Of a stretch of 64,000 bases of DNA, positions 1 through 40,283 are shown piece by piece. Both the position numbers and the translations under genes were made by a program. Source of the stretch: Octopus sinensis. Lineage: Eukaryota. Below the pieces are notes generated by a model. It saw only the letters and a list, made by a program, of their open reading frames with translations. It did no database searches and was not told the DNA's origin. Positions within the stretch are counted from its first letter, which is position 1. The number at the start of each line of letters is the position of its first letter. The stretch is from assembly GCF_006345805.1 (NCBI RefSeq), contig NC_042997.1:57412001-57476000 (forward strand), read 5' to 3'.

Positions 1-3000
1 CATCATCGTTTAACGTCCGTTCTCCATGCTAGCATGGGTTGGATGGTTCGACCGGGGATCTGGGAAGCCAGAAGGCTGCACCAGGCTCCAGTCTTATCTG
101 GCAGTGTTTCTACAGCTGGATGCCCTTCCTAACGCCAACCATTCCGTGAGTGTAGTGGGTGCTTTTTACGTGCCACCTGCACAGGTGCCAGGCGAGGCTG
201 GCAACGGCCACGGTCAGATTGGTGTATTTTATGTGCCACCGGCACGGAAGCCAGGCGAGGCGGAGCTGGCATCGGCCACGAGTCGGATAGTGCTTTTTAC
301 GCCACGAGTCGGATAGTGCTTTTTACGTCACGAGTCGGATAGTGCTTTTTACGTACCACCAGACCAGGGATCCTGGCTGGTTCAATTCGATTTCGATTTC
401 GCTTGCCCCAACATGTCTTCGCAAGCAAAGGGGGTTGGCATGGGTGCCTGTCGTCGGATGAGGTTCTATATCGACTTCGCTTGCCTCAACAAGTCTTTGT
501 GTCCAAGGGAGGAAAGGCATTCATAAGTGGGCTGGGCTCACTTGTCCTTCCTGGTCTTCTCACGTACAGAATATTTCCAAAGGTCTCGGTCGCTGGTCAT
601 TTCCTCAGTGAGGCCTAAAGTTCGAAGGTCGTGCTTCACCACCTCGTCCCAGGTTTTCCTGGGTCTACCTCTTCCACGTGTTCCTTCAACTGCTAAGGAT
701 TGGCACTTTCTCACACACCTATCTTCAGCCATTCTCGCCACATGACCATACCAGCGCAATCGTCTCTCTTGCACACCACAACTGATGCCTCTTAGGTACA
801 ACATTTCTCTCAAGGTGCTAACGCTCTGTCGAGTATGTACACTGACATTACACATCCATCGGAGCATACTGGCTTCATTCCTCACAAGCTTACGCATGTC
901 CTCGGCAGTCACGGCCCATGTTTCACTGCCATGTAGCATGGCTGTTCGTACACACGCATCATACAGTCTGCCTTTTACTCTGAGCGAGAGGCCTTTAGTC
1001 ACCAGCAGAGGTAAGAGCTCCCTAAACTTTGCCCAGGCTATTCTTATTCTAGCAGTTACACTTTCAGCGCACCCACCCCCACTACTGACTTGGTCACCTA
1101 GATAACGGAAGCTATCAACTACTTCTAGTTTTTCCCCTTGGAAAGTGACGGAAGTTATTTTCTGCAGATTTTCGGAGGTTAATGCTCCTGAGCATCTGCC
1201 ACATACAAAAACTATCTTCCCAGTTAGCCTACCTTTGACATTGCTGCACCTCTTATGTGTCCATAGCTTACACTGGGTACATCTTATAGAGTTTCTACCT
1301 ACACCTTTTCTACAGATCGAGCAGGGCCATCTTCCTGAAGACATTTGTGGATTGTCTGCCTTCCTACTTATTAGTACTTTGGTTTTAGCTAGGTTGACTC
1401 TAAGGCCCCTTGATTCTAAACCCTCCTTCCACACCTGGAACTTATCCTCCAGCTCTGATAAGAGCAAGGTCGTCAGCGTAGAGGAGCTCCCAGGGACAAC
1501 CTGTCTTTAATTCCTCCGTAATTGCCTGGAGGGCTATGATAAATAGGAGGGGGCTGAGTACTGAACCCTGGTGGACCCCAACCTCTACTTTGAATTCTTC
1601 TGTGTACATGTTGCCAACCCTAACCTTACTTACGGCATCTCTGTACATGGCTTGCACAGTCCTCACCAGCCATTCATCTATCCCTAGTTTCCTCATTGAC
1701 CACCAGATAAGGGATCGGGGGACCCTATCAAAAGCTTTCTCCATGTCAACAAAAGCCAGGTACAGAGGCTTATCTTTGGCTAGGTATTTCTCCTGCAGCT
1801 GCCTTACCAGGAATATAGCATCAGTGGTACTTTTCCCTGGCACGAACCCAAACTGCATCTCATCTAAACTAACTCTCTCTCTAATTAGTTGGGCTATGAC
1901 CCTCTCCGTAACCTTCATTACTTGATCCAACAGCTTGATACCTCTGTAATTATTTGTATCTAGGGCATCACCTTTACCTTTGTAGCAGTTGACTAGTATG
2001 CTGCTACACCAGTCATTGGGTATGACTCCTTCGTGTATCACCTGGTTGACTATACGGGTGACTAGGTTATAGCCGACACCGCCAGATATTTTGAGCATCT
2101 CTGCAGTAATTCCTGATGGGCCTGGGGCTTTCCCTGTCTTCATGCTTCTAATTGCCTTAGCTACCACGGAACTATCAACTCGGATAGCTGGTCCCTCTGT
2201 TGGGTCAACATTCGGCAGACTCTCTTTATCCCATTCATTTTCTTTATTCAGCAGCCTCTCATAGTGGCATCTCCAAACCTCTCTCTTTGCATCCTCATTT
2301 AGCGCAAGTGAACCATCATCCATGCGAACACACTTCTCTCCTACCACATCACGATTCTCTCTCACACACTGTCTTGCAACGTCAGTGGCTGTCAGCAGAT
2401 TGTCCCGTAGAAATCTCCAGTTGCCTTCCACATTAAGTGAAGCTATATCCCCTTCTATTTCGTCAAAGGCTTCGAATAGTATGTCTCTAAATCTCTGTCC
2501 ATTTGCAGGATCTTTAAGCTTCCAGACCCTTCTCCTCCAAGCAGGTCTTCTTCTGGGCAACCATTTAGCTCTGATCCTGAAGTCGCTAACTACTAATCTA
2601 TGTAGAGGAGTACATTCTTCGCCTGGAAAGGTTTTGGCATTTATAAGCAGCCCTCTTTCCCTTTTTCTGGCAAGGATGTAGTCAATCTGGCTGGTGTGTC
2701 TGCCAGAACGGTAGGTGACTAGGTGAGAGGTGGGTTTCCTGAAGTTGGTATTGCAGACCATAAGGTCATGTGCATCGCAGAACTCCAGCAGCCTGGTTCC
2801 CTCCTCATTTCGAGAGCCAAGACCGTAGCCTCCATGGACGCCATGGAAGCCCCCGACATGCCGTCCGACATGTCCATTGAAATCACCTGCCACGAAGAGA
2901 AGGTCACTGTCATTTGTCAATGAGGTAGTCCGCAATAAGGTGTCATAGAATTGGTCTTTTTGTCCTTCTGGTAGTCCTGGTTGAGGGGCATATGCCGAGA

Positions 3001-3078
3001 TGATGGTAGCTGTCCTGTGGTGAAGGACTAATCTAATTTTAATTACTCTGTCACTTACTCTGACTACCTCGATTGACA
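1..3078 (-). mobile_element. RTE-clade non-LTR retrotransposon, 5'-truncated, ORF disrupted (partial APE + RT + PHD-like finger + 3' UTR)
   Basis: ORF 1442..3103 has APE motifs (ISAYAPQ, GDFNGHVG, QIDYIL) and RT motifs (QFGFVPGKST, DMEKAFD, GVHQGSVLSP, YADD). ORF 538..1467 continues with GLRVNLAKTK, FRYLG, RLRWYGHV, GRGRPRKTW. The (CAT)n-tail side is at position 1. Frameshift near 1460. Confidence 0.95.
275..352 (+). repeat. 26-bp tandem repeat x3 (gccacgagtcggatagtgctttttac) in the RTE 3' UTR
   Basis: Units at 275, 301 and 327; one mismatch. Confidence 0.9.
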
Positions 3079-3229
3079 GGCTTCTTTCAGTTTCCAAATC
3101 CATTCACAAGGCTTTGGTGGGCCCGAGGTTATAGTAGAAGACACTTGCCCAAGGTGCCACGCAGTGGGAATGAACCCGGAACATGTGGTTAGTAAGCAAG
3201 CTACTTACCACACAGCAACTCCTGTGCCT
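3079..3229 (-). mobile_element. 5' part of a tRNA-derived SINE (ccttgggcaagt core), abutting the truncated RTE
   Basis: Minus strand reads aggcacaggagttgctgtgtggtaag...gggttcattcccactgcgtggcaccttgggcaagtgtcttct...gaaactgaaagaagcc; same family as copies at 5695, 50708 and 52790. Confidence 0.85.
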
Positions 3230-3497
3230 ATGGTCACATACTTCACTTGCTTATTACTGTTCGTATCTTTTTTTTTTAACTTATGTCCATTGTCTGAAAA
3301 TCTTTCATCACACATCTGTGACCTCTTCCATGACACTGTTCTTTTTCATGTGTGCTCCTGCTCCAATTACTTGTAACTACAGTAATAAACGAGTGAAAAA
3401 CAAATATATAGTGCGTGTGTTTATTTGGAAAAAAAATGACCGTCCCAAAATACAATATCTGTTTCAACACACGAATCTTGCAACACAGATTGGTAAA

Positions 3498-3543
<46 letters not shown>

Positions 3544-4506
3544 ATATATTTCTTTTTTATGCAAGACATGAGGAGAGCCGTTGATAAATGTCATTAAGTG
3601 AAAGGGAGTGCTGTGTTATAAAAATCTGAGAATCACTGTGTTATATTTCGGAATGGTCATGTCTCCCCCCCCCTCCCAAATAAATACACTCGCTATATAC
3701 TCGTTTTTCACTTCAGCTTTATCATAGTTCTTATCTTAGTATCCTTTGTCTGAAATCTTTTATCACACGTTTTGTAACCTCTTCAACGACCCTCCATCCC
3801 ACGCGTCTCTATATAAGAACAATGATAAAGTTGAAGTGAAGAACGAGTATACAGCGCGTGTGTTTATTTGGTAAAATAAAAAAATGACCGTCCCGAAATA
3901 TCTGTTTCAACACACGATTTCACATCAGGAATCTTGCAAAACAAATATTTGAACGTAATCACTGTTATTGTAGATCCTCACATCATTGAAGATAAACAAT
4001 TTCAAATGTTTACTGTAAGGTGAATAACTCTGCAAAATTTTTTTCGATGGCTATTAATTATTGCCCTTGAATCTTTTGCGATGTCAACTTGAATTTTTAA
4101 TGTATATTATAATTTTTAAGATAGGTCAAAATTTAATAATTTTAAGGTTTTGCGACATATTTTCTTGACTTAAAACAAAGGAAAATATATGAATATTTAT
4201 TTATCATCACCATAAAGCAAGTAGAGAAAGGAAATTCTGCAAGACAATTTTCAATTGGCACAAGATCAGAGACTAGAAACCTGCAACCTTAAAGATGATT
4301 GCATTTTTCAGCAGCCAAGCTACGATTTTTATGCCTTCAAATTTCCTTCATCAAAACTGCTATCATGATTTTTTTTTTCTTTTCTTTTAATTTTCCTGGA
4401 GTGTCAAGCTAATTACTAATTGGCTCAGCAATATGTCAGTCAGGAAATTTCAAATAATTGTTTCTATAATAGACACAAGGTCAGAAATTTGGAGAAATCA
4501 GTTATA

Positions 4507-4908
4507 TCATCATCGTTTAACATCCGCTTTCCATGCTAGCATGGCGAACCATATGGCTGCACCAGGCTTCAATCTTGATTTGGCAGAGTTTCTACAGCTG
4601 GATGCCCTTCCTAACGCCAACCACTCTGAGAGTGGAGTGGGTGCTTTTACGCGCCACCGGCACGGGGCCAGTCAGGCGGTACTGGCAACGACCTTGCTCA
4701 AATCTTTTACGCATGCCAACGGCACAGGTGCCAATAGGGCGATGCTGGTAACGATCACGCTCGAATGGTGTCTTTTACGTGCCACCGGCACAGGCCAGAT
4801 AGCCGCTCTGGTAACGATCACGCTCGGATGGTGCTCTTAATACCCTATTAGCACGGGGCTCGAGTGCCAGTAAGGTGACAACTAGTAACGATCACACTCG
4901 AATGGTGC
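4507..4908 (-). mobile_element. RTE 3'-end fragment
   Basis: catcatcgtttaacatccgctttccatgctagcatgg...ctacagctggatgcccttcctaacgccaacc, homologous to 1-360. Confidence 0.85.
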
Positions 4909-5207
4909 CTAGGTACTTTACTTAACAAGTACTTTATTTTATTGACCCTGAATGAAAGAAGTTGACTTTGGTAGGATTTGAGCTCTGATGCCCATTCATA
5001 CTACGGAGATTTTTCAACCAAAATTGAGCAAGTTTAAGATACAGAGCTATGTTAGCTGATGACAATTGGTTTATGATGCTTAGTGCTTAATTTCTTGCAT
5101 TGTGAATTTTTCAATCATCTGTGTTCAACTTACACCTTACCCCAAAATTGTTGGCATTGTGCCAAAATTTGTTACCAAATTAGGGATTACAATATCCATT
5201 ATTTTAA

Positions 5208-5427
5208 CATTTTAGTATTCAGGTTATTCTGTCAAATGTAAGGCTTTTTCATCTACATTGTTTTTAATCAATCATTTATTGTCTCGTAGCTTTGAAATTT
5301 TGATAATGTAATTGCATATTTTTAAAATGGCATTGAAAGGTAAGTGTGATAGGTTGGATCTGTCTGGTTAGAAAATAAAACAAGTAGCATATTTGGGCTG
5401 GATATAGCCAATTTAAATGTTAAAGGG
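5208..5427. mobile_element. piggyBac-like MITE (TTAA-flanked)
   Basis: TTAA at both ends; degenerate ccctttagcatt/aatgttaaaggg termini; paralogous to 23628-23846. Confidence 0.6.
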
Positions 5428-5609
5428 TTAATTTCTTTAGCAGTGAAAAGTTTAACTAAGAATATACAACTATTTCACATCTGCACGACTGGAAAAGACT
5501 TTCCTCTAGATAATTAGTAGTATCATCATTTAATATCAGTTTTCCATTCAAGGAAAGTCCAAGAGTTGGACTATGCTTGAAGGTTTTTCATTGAGTTGTT
5601 TGTAGAAGT

Positions 5610-5686
5610 AAAACAGTTTCCTTGACTGTGCCATTAAAAAGTTTTCCTTGACTGTGCCATTAAAACAGTTTTATGACTGTGCCGTT
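5610..5686 (+). repeat. ~26-bp tandem repeat x3 (aaaacagtttccttgactgtgccatt)
   Basis: Three adjacent, slightly diverged units. Confidence 0.85.
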
Positions 5687-5694
5687 AAAAAGAA

Positions 5695-5985
5695 TTCTGC
5701 ATGGCTCTATGGTAAGAAACTCATTTCCCAACCACACGATTCTAGGTTCAGTCCCATTGCATAGTACTTTGTCAAGTGCCTTCTATAGCCTCAGGCCAAC
5801 CAAATCCTTGAAAATAGATTTAGTAAATGGAAACTGAAAGAAGCCCGTCATGTGTGCACAAGTACATGTTTTTGTAGGTTTCCCCCCTCACCACCACTCA
5901 ACCAGTGTTGGTGTGTTTACATCCTTATAACTAAGGCAGTGCTCCCACATGGTCGCAGTCTGGTGACTGAAACAAGACAAAAGAT
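5695..5985 (+). mobile_element. tRNA-derived SINE, diverged
   Basis: ggttcagtcccattgc B-box-like, gaaactgaaagaagcccgtc, 3' gactgaaacaag..aaaga tail. Confidence 0.75.
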
Positions 5986-8900
5986 ATATATACATTGGAA
6001 TATTTTAAAGACCTCTCTTCATGGAAGCAATGCATGTTTGGTATGAGGTTTCTAGGTTGTAAATGAAGGATCTTAGATGTAAAAAATTTTTTTAATTATA
6101 TTTTTGGGCAGTGGATGACCATCCAAGACTTTTGTAAGCCCTGCCACATTGGTAAGGATAAATGTGGTTGATGTCTAGCTTGAAATTCTGGGGGTTGTAA
6201 CCTCTAATCCTTTATCACTGAAACCACATCCTATCATCTTAAAACATTAATGCATCTCATCTTTTAGACCTAGATACCTCCAAAGAGAAGGCGTAATCAC
6301 AGCTGGAACATTTTTGCTCAGTCTACATATTCAAGAATAACATAAGGTGAAATAACACTACCAAATTCTTGAAAGCCATAGTTTCACAAAGGAATAATAG
6401 GGGAAAATATTTAGTATAGAATCTTATATAGGTGAAACACAAAGGAAAATATGCCAAGTGCTTCACAGGAGCAGAAGTCAAAGATGAAATAAGAGTCCAA
6501 TAAAAGAGACAGAATAATTGATGTTGGTGAAGTCTACTAATCATTTCATTTTCATTTTCTGAATGTGGCTGATGAGTTTTATATGCCTAAAAGTGCACCA
6601 TCCAGACATAAAAGCCATATTCCAATGCAAGTATATATTTGCATTTTGAATAGAGTCACAAAAGTAGCAGCCTAGTCTTTGGGATGCAGTTTTACAATGT
6701 TATATACATGAGATTGCTATAAGAGATCATGGAATCTGTAGTATCCTTGAAAGTTGTTCGTATGACATGTGAAACAGTTTTCTTAGTATGTAATGATTGT
6801 TGGAACTGTTGATGGTAAAGAAACTTGGCTGCCATCTATAGATTAAAATATTTCCAAGCTCTCTGTTCATGAAAGTAGTACATATGGCTTGAGGTATAAG
6901 AATGATCCTAGTTATAAAAATTAAAATGTAAAGGGTAACATACAACATTTGAAGGTGAAGTGAGAAAAACAGGTCTTACATGGAGCAAAGTAGACAGAGA
7001 GTTGTTTCATTCCAGTCTGAAAAGTATTAAATTGTTGAAACCTCATTTTCCAATTGTAAAGAAGAGGTTATATAAATTCTAATAAGTTATTACGAATCTT
7101 TAGTGTTCAATTACTAAAGGTGGTACCATCTGTAATATAGTGAATAGCTTTACTTTGACTTAAAATCAAGCCATTGTTTCTAAGTCCTTAATGCTTAGAA
7201 CATGAGAACTGTTACACAATGTTCTTTACTGCTTGTAAAATAGTTCAAGTAAAATTAATTATGAAATTAATTTACAGACCATAAAAACTCATCAAAAGAA
7301 CTTAAAATTCTCTGCCTTTTACAAAGGTTGTCACAATTAAAAGCAAGCAAGCCACAAATAATATCTTCAAAACCTCAATAGGAATTCAACTTATTTCATA
7401 TCTTCAATGCAATGCTGTTCTCTTCAGAAATGAAGATAATTTTGCTGTAATAGTACCATCTTTAAAGAACATTTTAGAAAAAATTCAAAGAAAACAAAAG
7501 AAAACTAGTTTATACAAACAAAAGGGAAAAAAAAATTTTATTTACAATTAAATTCTGCCCTGCAGTAGCAGTGATATTTACATCAGTATATACAACCAGC
7601 CATTGTGAGCTGCTTAAACTATACAAGCACAGCCGCTCATAGCATACATTCAGCAGGAACTTGGACAACACTTAGCCTACAAGTGAGCATTAAAGAATGG
7701 TAACATATTTTCATGGTACACTGCATCCATTTAATTGCATTCAACCAACAATTCTTGCAGAAGTAAAAAGCAAAAATTATTTCAATGTTTTCTTTCTTCA
7801 TTTTTTTTTTTTTTAGTATTTTTTTTCTTTTTCCTTTTATGGTTTTATCCTACCTAATACATTTGAATTTGAAATGTTTTGAATACTGGAGTTATTGCAC
7901 CAATTATAACACCAATTTTAATTTAATACTAAAATATGAAACTGATTATGTACACTTGTGGTAAACAAGAGTCTGAAAAATTTTTCAAATTTTAAAAAAG
8001 TGAAGGGAAATATTCTTCCTGATCTGAATAGCTAAGAATAATGAAGACCAATAAATGTGTTGAACTGTCAATATGAAATATATAAATATTAATCTTGGCA
8101 AGTGAAGTACATACTCCGAATTACCGCTGATGACAATGCTTATATGATCTGAAGTTCTGTGAGTGAATTTTAAATTCAGTTAAAAGAAACAGTGAATGAA
8201 TGTTTACACTCCACTAGACCTGATTTGACAAATATTTAAAAAATAAATTACACTGAAAAATGATGAAAGCAAATGCATTTTAAAAAGCATAATTATATAA
8301 GAAATAAAAAAAGTAATTTTTAATTGAAATACTTGATTAACATTAAGTCTTTCTTAAAAGTCATATATATATACACGCACACACATACACACACATACAA
8401 ATACATAGATATATATATGTATACAGCCACACACATGTATGTATACAAAATATATATAATCATATATGTTTAAACATGTACATATATATTCATACATGTG
8501 TGTATGCATGTGGCATATGTCTAGGTATGAAAGATGAAAATGAAAAATACATAAAAATCCCATTTTTTTCTGCAGTAAACAGGTAAAATTATAAATTCAG
8601 TCCAATAAGCAGAATGTGAGTCTTTCAATTATAAAAGACAAAGATGTAAACAAAGATGTTATACAACTTATACTTGAAGTAGGAATTACAAAAAAGGTTC
8701 TTGATGCATCTTTTAAAACAGAGATCCTATGAAATCTATCAACAAAATGCCAACTAAATACAAATGAACTTCAGATCTCAAGGACAAAAATGTAAAATAC
8801 AATTTAAAAAATTCTTTACTTGATCTAACTGTAATTAAATGCCACACTGAAATTAAAATATGAATGAATAAACAGACCAATAAAAAGGAAATTGTGTACA

Positions 8901-11664
8901 AGTCTCTTACCTGAAAAATCTATTAATATCCATACTTTGATTATTTCACAAATGAAGTCCATTTTTTATATTTTCCTATCTATCCTAAGAGATGGTGACA
9001 AAAAAAGTTAGGGAGGGTCGATTTTTTTTTTTTTTTTTTAAAGGCAAAGAAGGAAATATCAAGAAAAAGATCTTGAAGTGAAATATTTGAAGCTATGAAA
9101 ATATATTCAGTTAGCATACTAACTATATTAAAGAGGAAGTTTAATAAATTAATTATCAAGTAGATATATAATATAAACTGAGTCTCAAATTATAAAAAAA
9201 AAAGGTTAATTAAAAAAGGTTTTAATTTTTCTTTTTTTACTTAAGAAAACCTTTAAAAAAATCCAAGATGATATCAGATAAATTTCTTTAACTAAACTAA
9301 AACATTAGTTTTAGTTTAACCAAAAAGTCTGCAAACTAAATGTTGCTATATTTACAAACCCTTTTTAAAAAGCAAATGACTCAGTCTTCAGTGAAAAATT
9401 ACACCACATCCTCTGAAATATATTTCTATATTTCCTATATCAGATACGGAAACTGAATGTGATCTGAAAAATTTATTTCATTCCAGGGATAAATTATGAA
9501 TATAATTAATGAGAATATTATATCAATTCTAATGCAAGTATCTAAAATCATATTTAATTATTGGTTTAGGTAAAATATCATGCATGTCTGAAACGAAATA
9601 AGAAACTTAATTTGACAGCTTCGAAACTATATCCCATAATCTAACCTGCTTCATAAAAACCTCATACTATTTGATTTGTTGAGATTATGTATTTGGATTT
9701 ATCTATTTTAGCAACCAGAGCCTTTAAGTAGCAAGACAAAATGATTTTCTAATAAGAATGAATTCAAAAGAATCAAACAAAATAAGATTAATTTTGTTTA
9801 AAACAAAACAAGCCTTAAATCTAATTAAGAATGGTTTGCAGTAACAGTAAATTAAATTGTTCTAACAGTAAACTAAAACAAAAATTTTTTAAATTAAATC
9901 TTCAATGAAGAGGATTGTAAAGCATGTTCATTTAGCATATTACAACTCCTGTCTCCAAATTTTTAAATGACAACTTTTACTTTAACTATCATGTACACAA
10001 AAACTAACTTCAACAGAAATCAAATAAAAAAAACATCAGGTTTTAACAAAATATACATAACAGTTTAACAAAAATATTTAGATACAAGTTCAATATACAT
10101 ACATATATATACACATAAATTAGCCATGAATGTGTCAAAAGCATAGTAAGTAGTGAGCAAAATCAGGTGATTTTAGATTATACTAACGTTGAAAATGTTT
10201 CAGGAAAAGATATTCAGAGTTAACATTTTGTGGGGTTTTTTTTTTCATTTATTTTATTTTATTTTCCCAAGATACAAAGTGTATCCAAGAAGCATGATCT
10301 TGTATATTTTAGTTTCCAGTTTTCATTATTTTTAACTTTTTTGTAAATATTAAATTTAAAATATATTTAAAACTATTTACAGTTTACTTTTTCTAATTTG
10401 AGAGTGTTTTTAAAACAATTAACGAGATAAAAATGATTTTGGGTAATGTATGGATGAGTGAATTTAACAAAACTCTAACAGAAGACGGAAACTAAAAGAA
10501 ATCGTCATGTGAAGAAATCTACAAAATAAGGTCAAGAACCAAATTATACATTTATTGTGCTTAATGTCCTATCAGTTTACAGGTTTTTCTAAATTTAAAA
10601 AGTGAAGGAGGATGTCTATTTACAATTTTACTTACAATAACATTTAAATATAAGAAAGAAAAAAAGAAATTCCATTGAATATGCTCTTGCTAATATCTAA
10701 AGTAGTCAGCCCATTAAATAGATATTTCTCAACTATTTTTGTCATGAAAAAGAATACATATATAAAATCTAGTGATAACTAATTATGCATATAGATAGGG
10801 AGTATTAAAATATATAAAATAACAAATATAGATTCCTGGTTTGAAACTTCATTTTCCACAATTTCCTTATATACATATGATATTACACTTAAATTTCAGA
10901 ATCAGTGAAAAAGTGGATGAAAACATTATCCATAGAAGACAGATTGTTACATTATTCTAATTAGAAAATGCATTAATTTGAAAGGCCCTCTCTATGTCCT
11001 CAAAAATCCCAAACCAACTTTTACATTTCTAAAAGACTACTTACTTAGCATGATTACCCAATTCCAATTTTTTATGTTTTCTTTATTCTCCCCACCCAAA
11101 CCTAAAATCAAATCGCTTGTATATTGGAATGATCTTGTACTCGGTGAAAGGCAAAGAGATAATTTTCTTTGTAAACAATATCTCCCAACTCCTTAAAATA
11201 CATAACTAAAGTATGAAGGGGCTTTACTAATGAACAGAGAATGCATGTGTTCAGACACATTGGGGTGCCCACACTCTTACATACATACACACACATACAA
11301 ATTTTACTTCATATATTTATATATAAAAAAAATTTATGGAATGTCTAAACAATTTCAACTCCTCAACAGCATGGCACTTGGCTGGGTTCAGTTTCCATTT
11401 AAAACCTAGCAGAAATCCTGTTTTTACAGAGGATATCTGACAGGTCTGTAAGATTGGAGAGGGAGAAGAAAACAAAGGGGAGAAATATAAGATTGAGATT
11501 CAGTAATTTTCATAGTGGAGAAAAAGTATATTTTTTCAAGATTTTTTTCTTTCTCATTTTTTTTTTAAATACTTGTAAATTAAGAAAAACTAGAAAAATT
11601 GAGCAGCTACAGATGCTCTCTTGCTGTTACACTTCTAGTGAAAGTATTTTACATAAGCTATTTT

Positions 11665-12030
11665 ACAAATTTTGAAGTATGTGTGTATATGTATGTATGT
11701 CTGTATATATTATATATACACATACATGTATTTACATATGTATACATGCACACACATGTGCATGTATACACACAAGTACATATGTGTATATATATATATA
11801 TATCACACACATGCATGTGTATATACATATATATGCATATAAATACACATACATATATCATAAACATACATGTATTTATATACATATATATATACATACA
11901 CATATGCACATGTGTTTTATGCTTTACATATACATATGTATATATACATTCATACAGATATACACATATGTACATGTAAGTTGTATGTATACATATACAC
12001 ACATTTATATACATACATATGTATATATAC
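11665..12030. repeat. Compound (TA/CA/TG)n microsatellite in the presumed TENT4 3' UTR
   Basis: Alternating purine-pyrimidine run; source of spurious YI/CV ORFs. Confidence 0.9.
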
Positions 12031-12364
12031 ACATTTTTTTTTTATATTCAACTGAGATCTCAACTAATATTACTTTTATTGGGGGGTTTTTTTTTGGTTT
12101 TTGGGGGTGTTTTTATCTTTTTAAAAATCATTTTACATTTTCCGGTTTTTTTTTTTTTTTTTCTTGTTTACCTTCAACCAATCAAGTACTGGAAACATTT
12201 TTTTTTTTCCGATTCGGAATAATTATCTTAATTATTACATGCTTTGTATCAAAACAAAGCAGAAAATGGTATGAAACCATTACATACTGGCTGAGTTGAT
12301 AGGTCAAAACACCAGCAATGTATATGAACAACCATGGGTTAACCCCAAGTTATCCTGAGAAAGA

Positions 12365-40283
<27,919 letters not shown>

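Noticed and set aside
785-2923. Plus-strand ORFs overlapping the RTE
   Set aside because: Antisense shadows of the GC-richer RTE coding sequence; no recognisable motifs.
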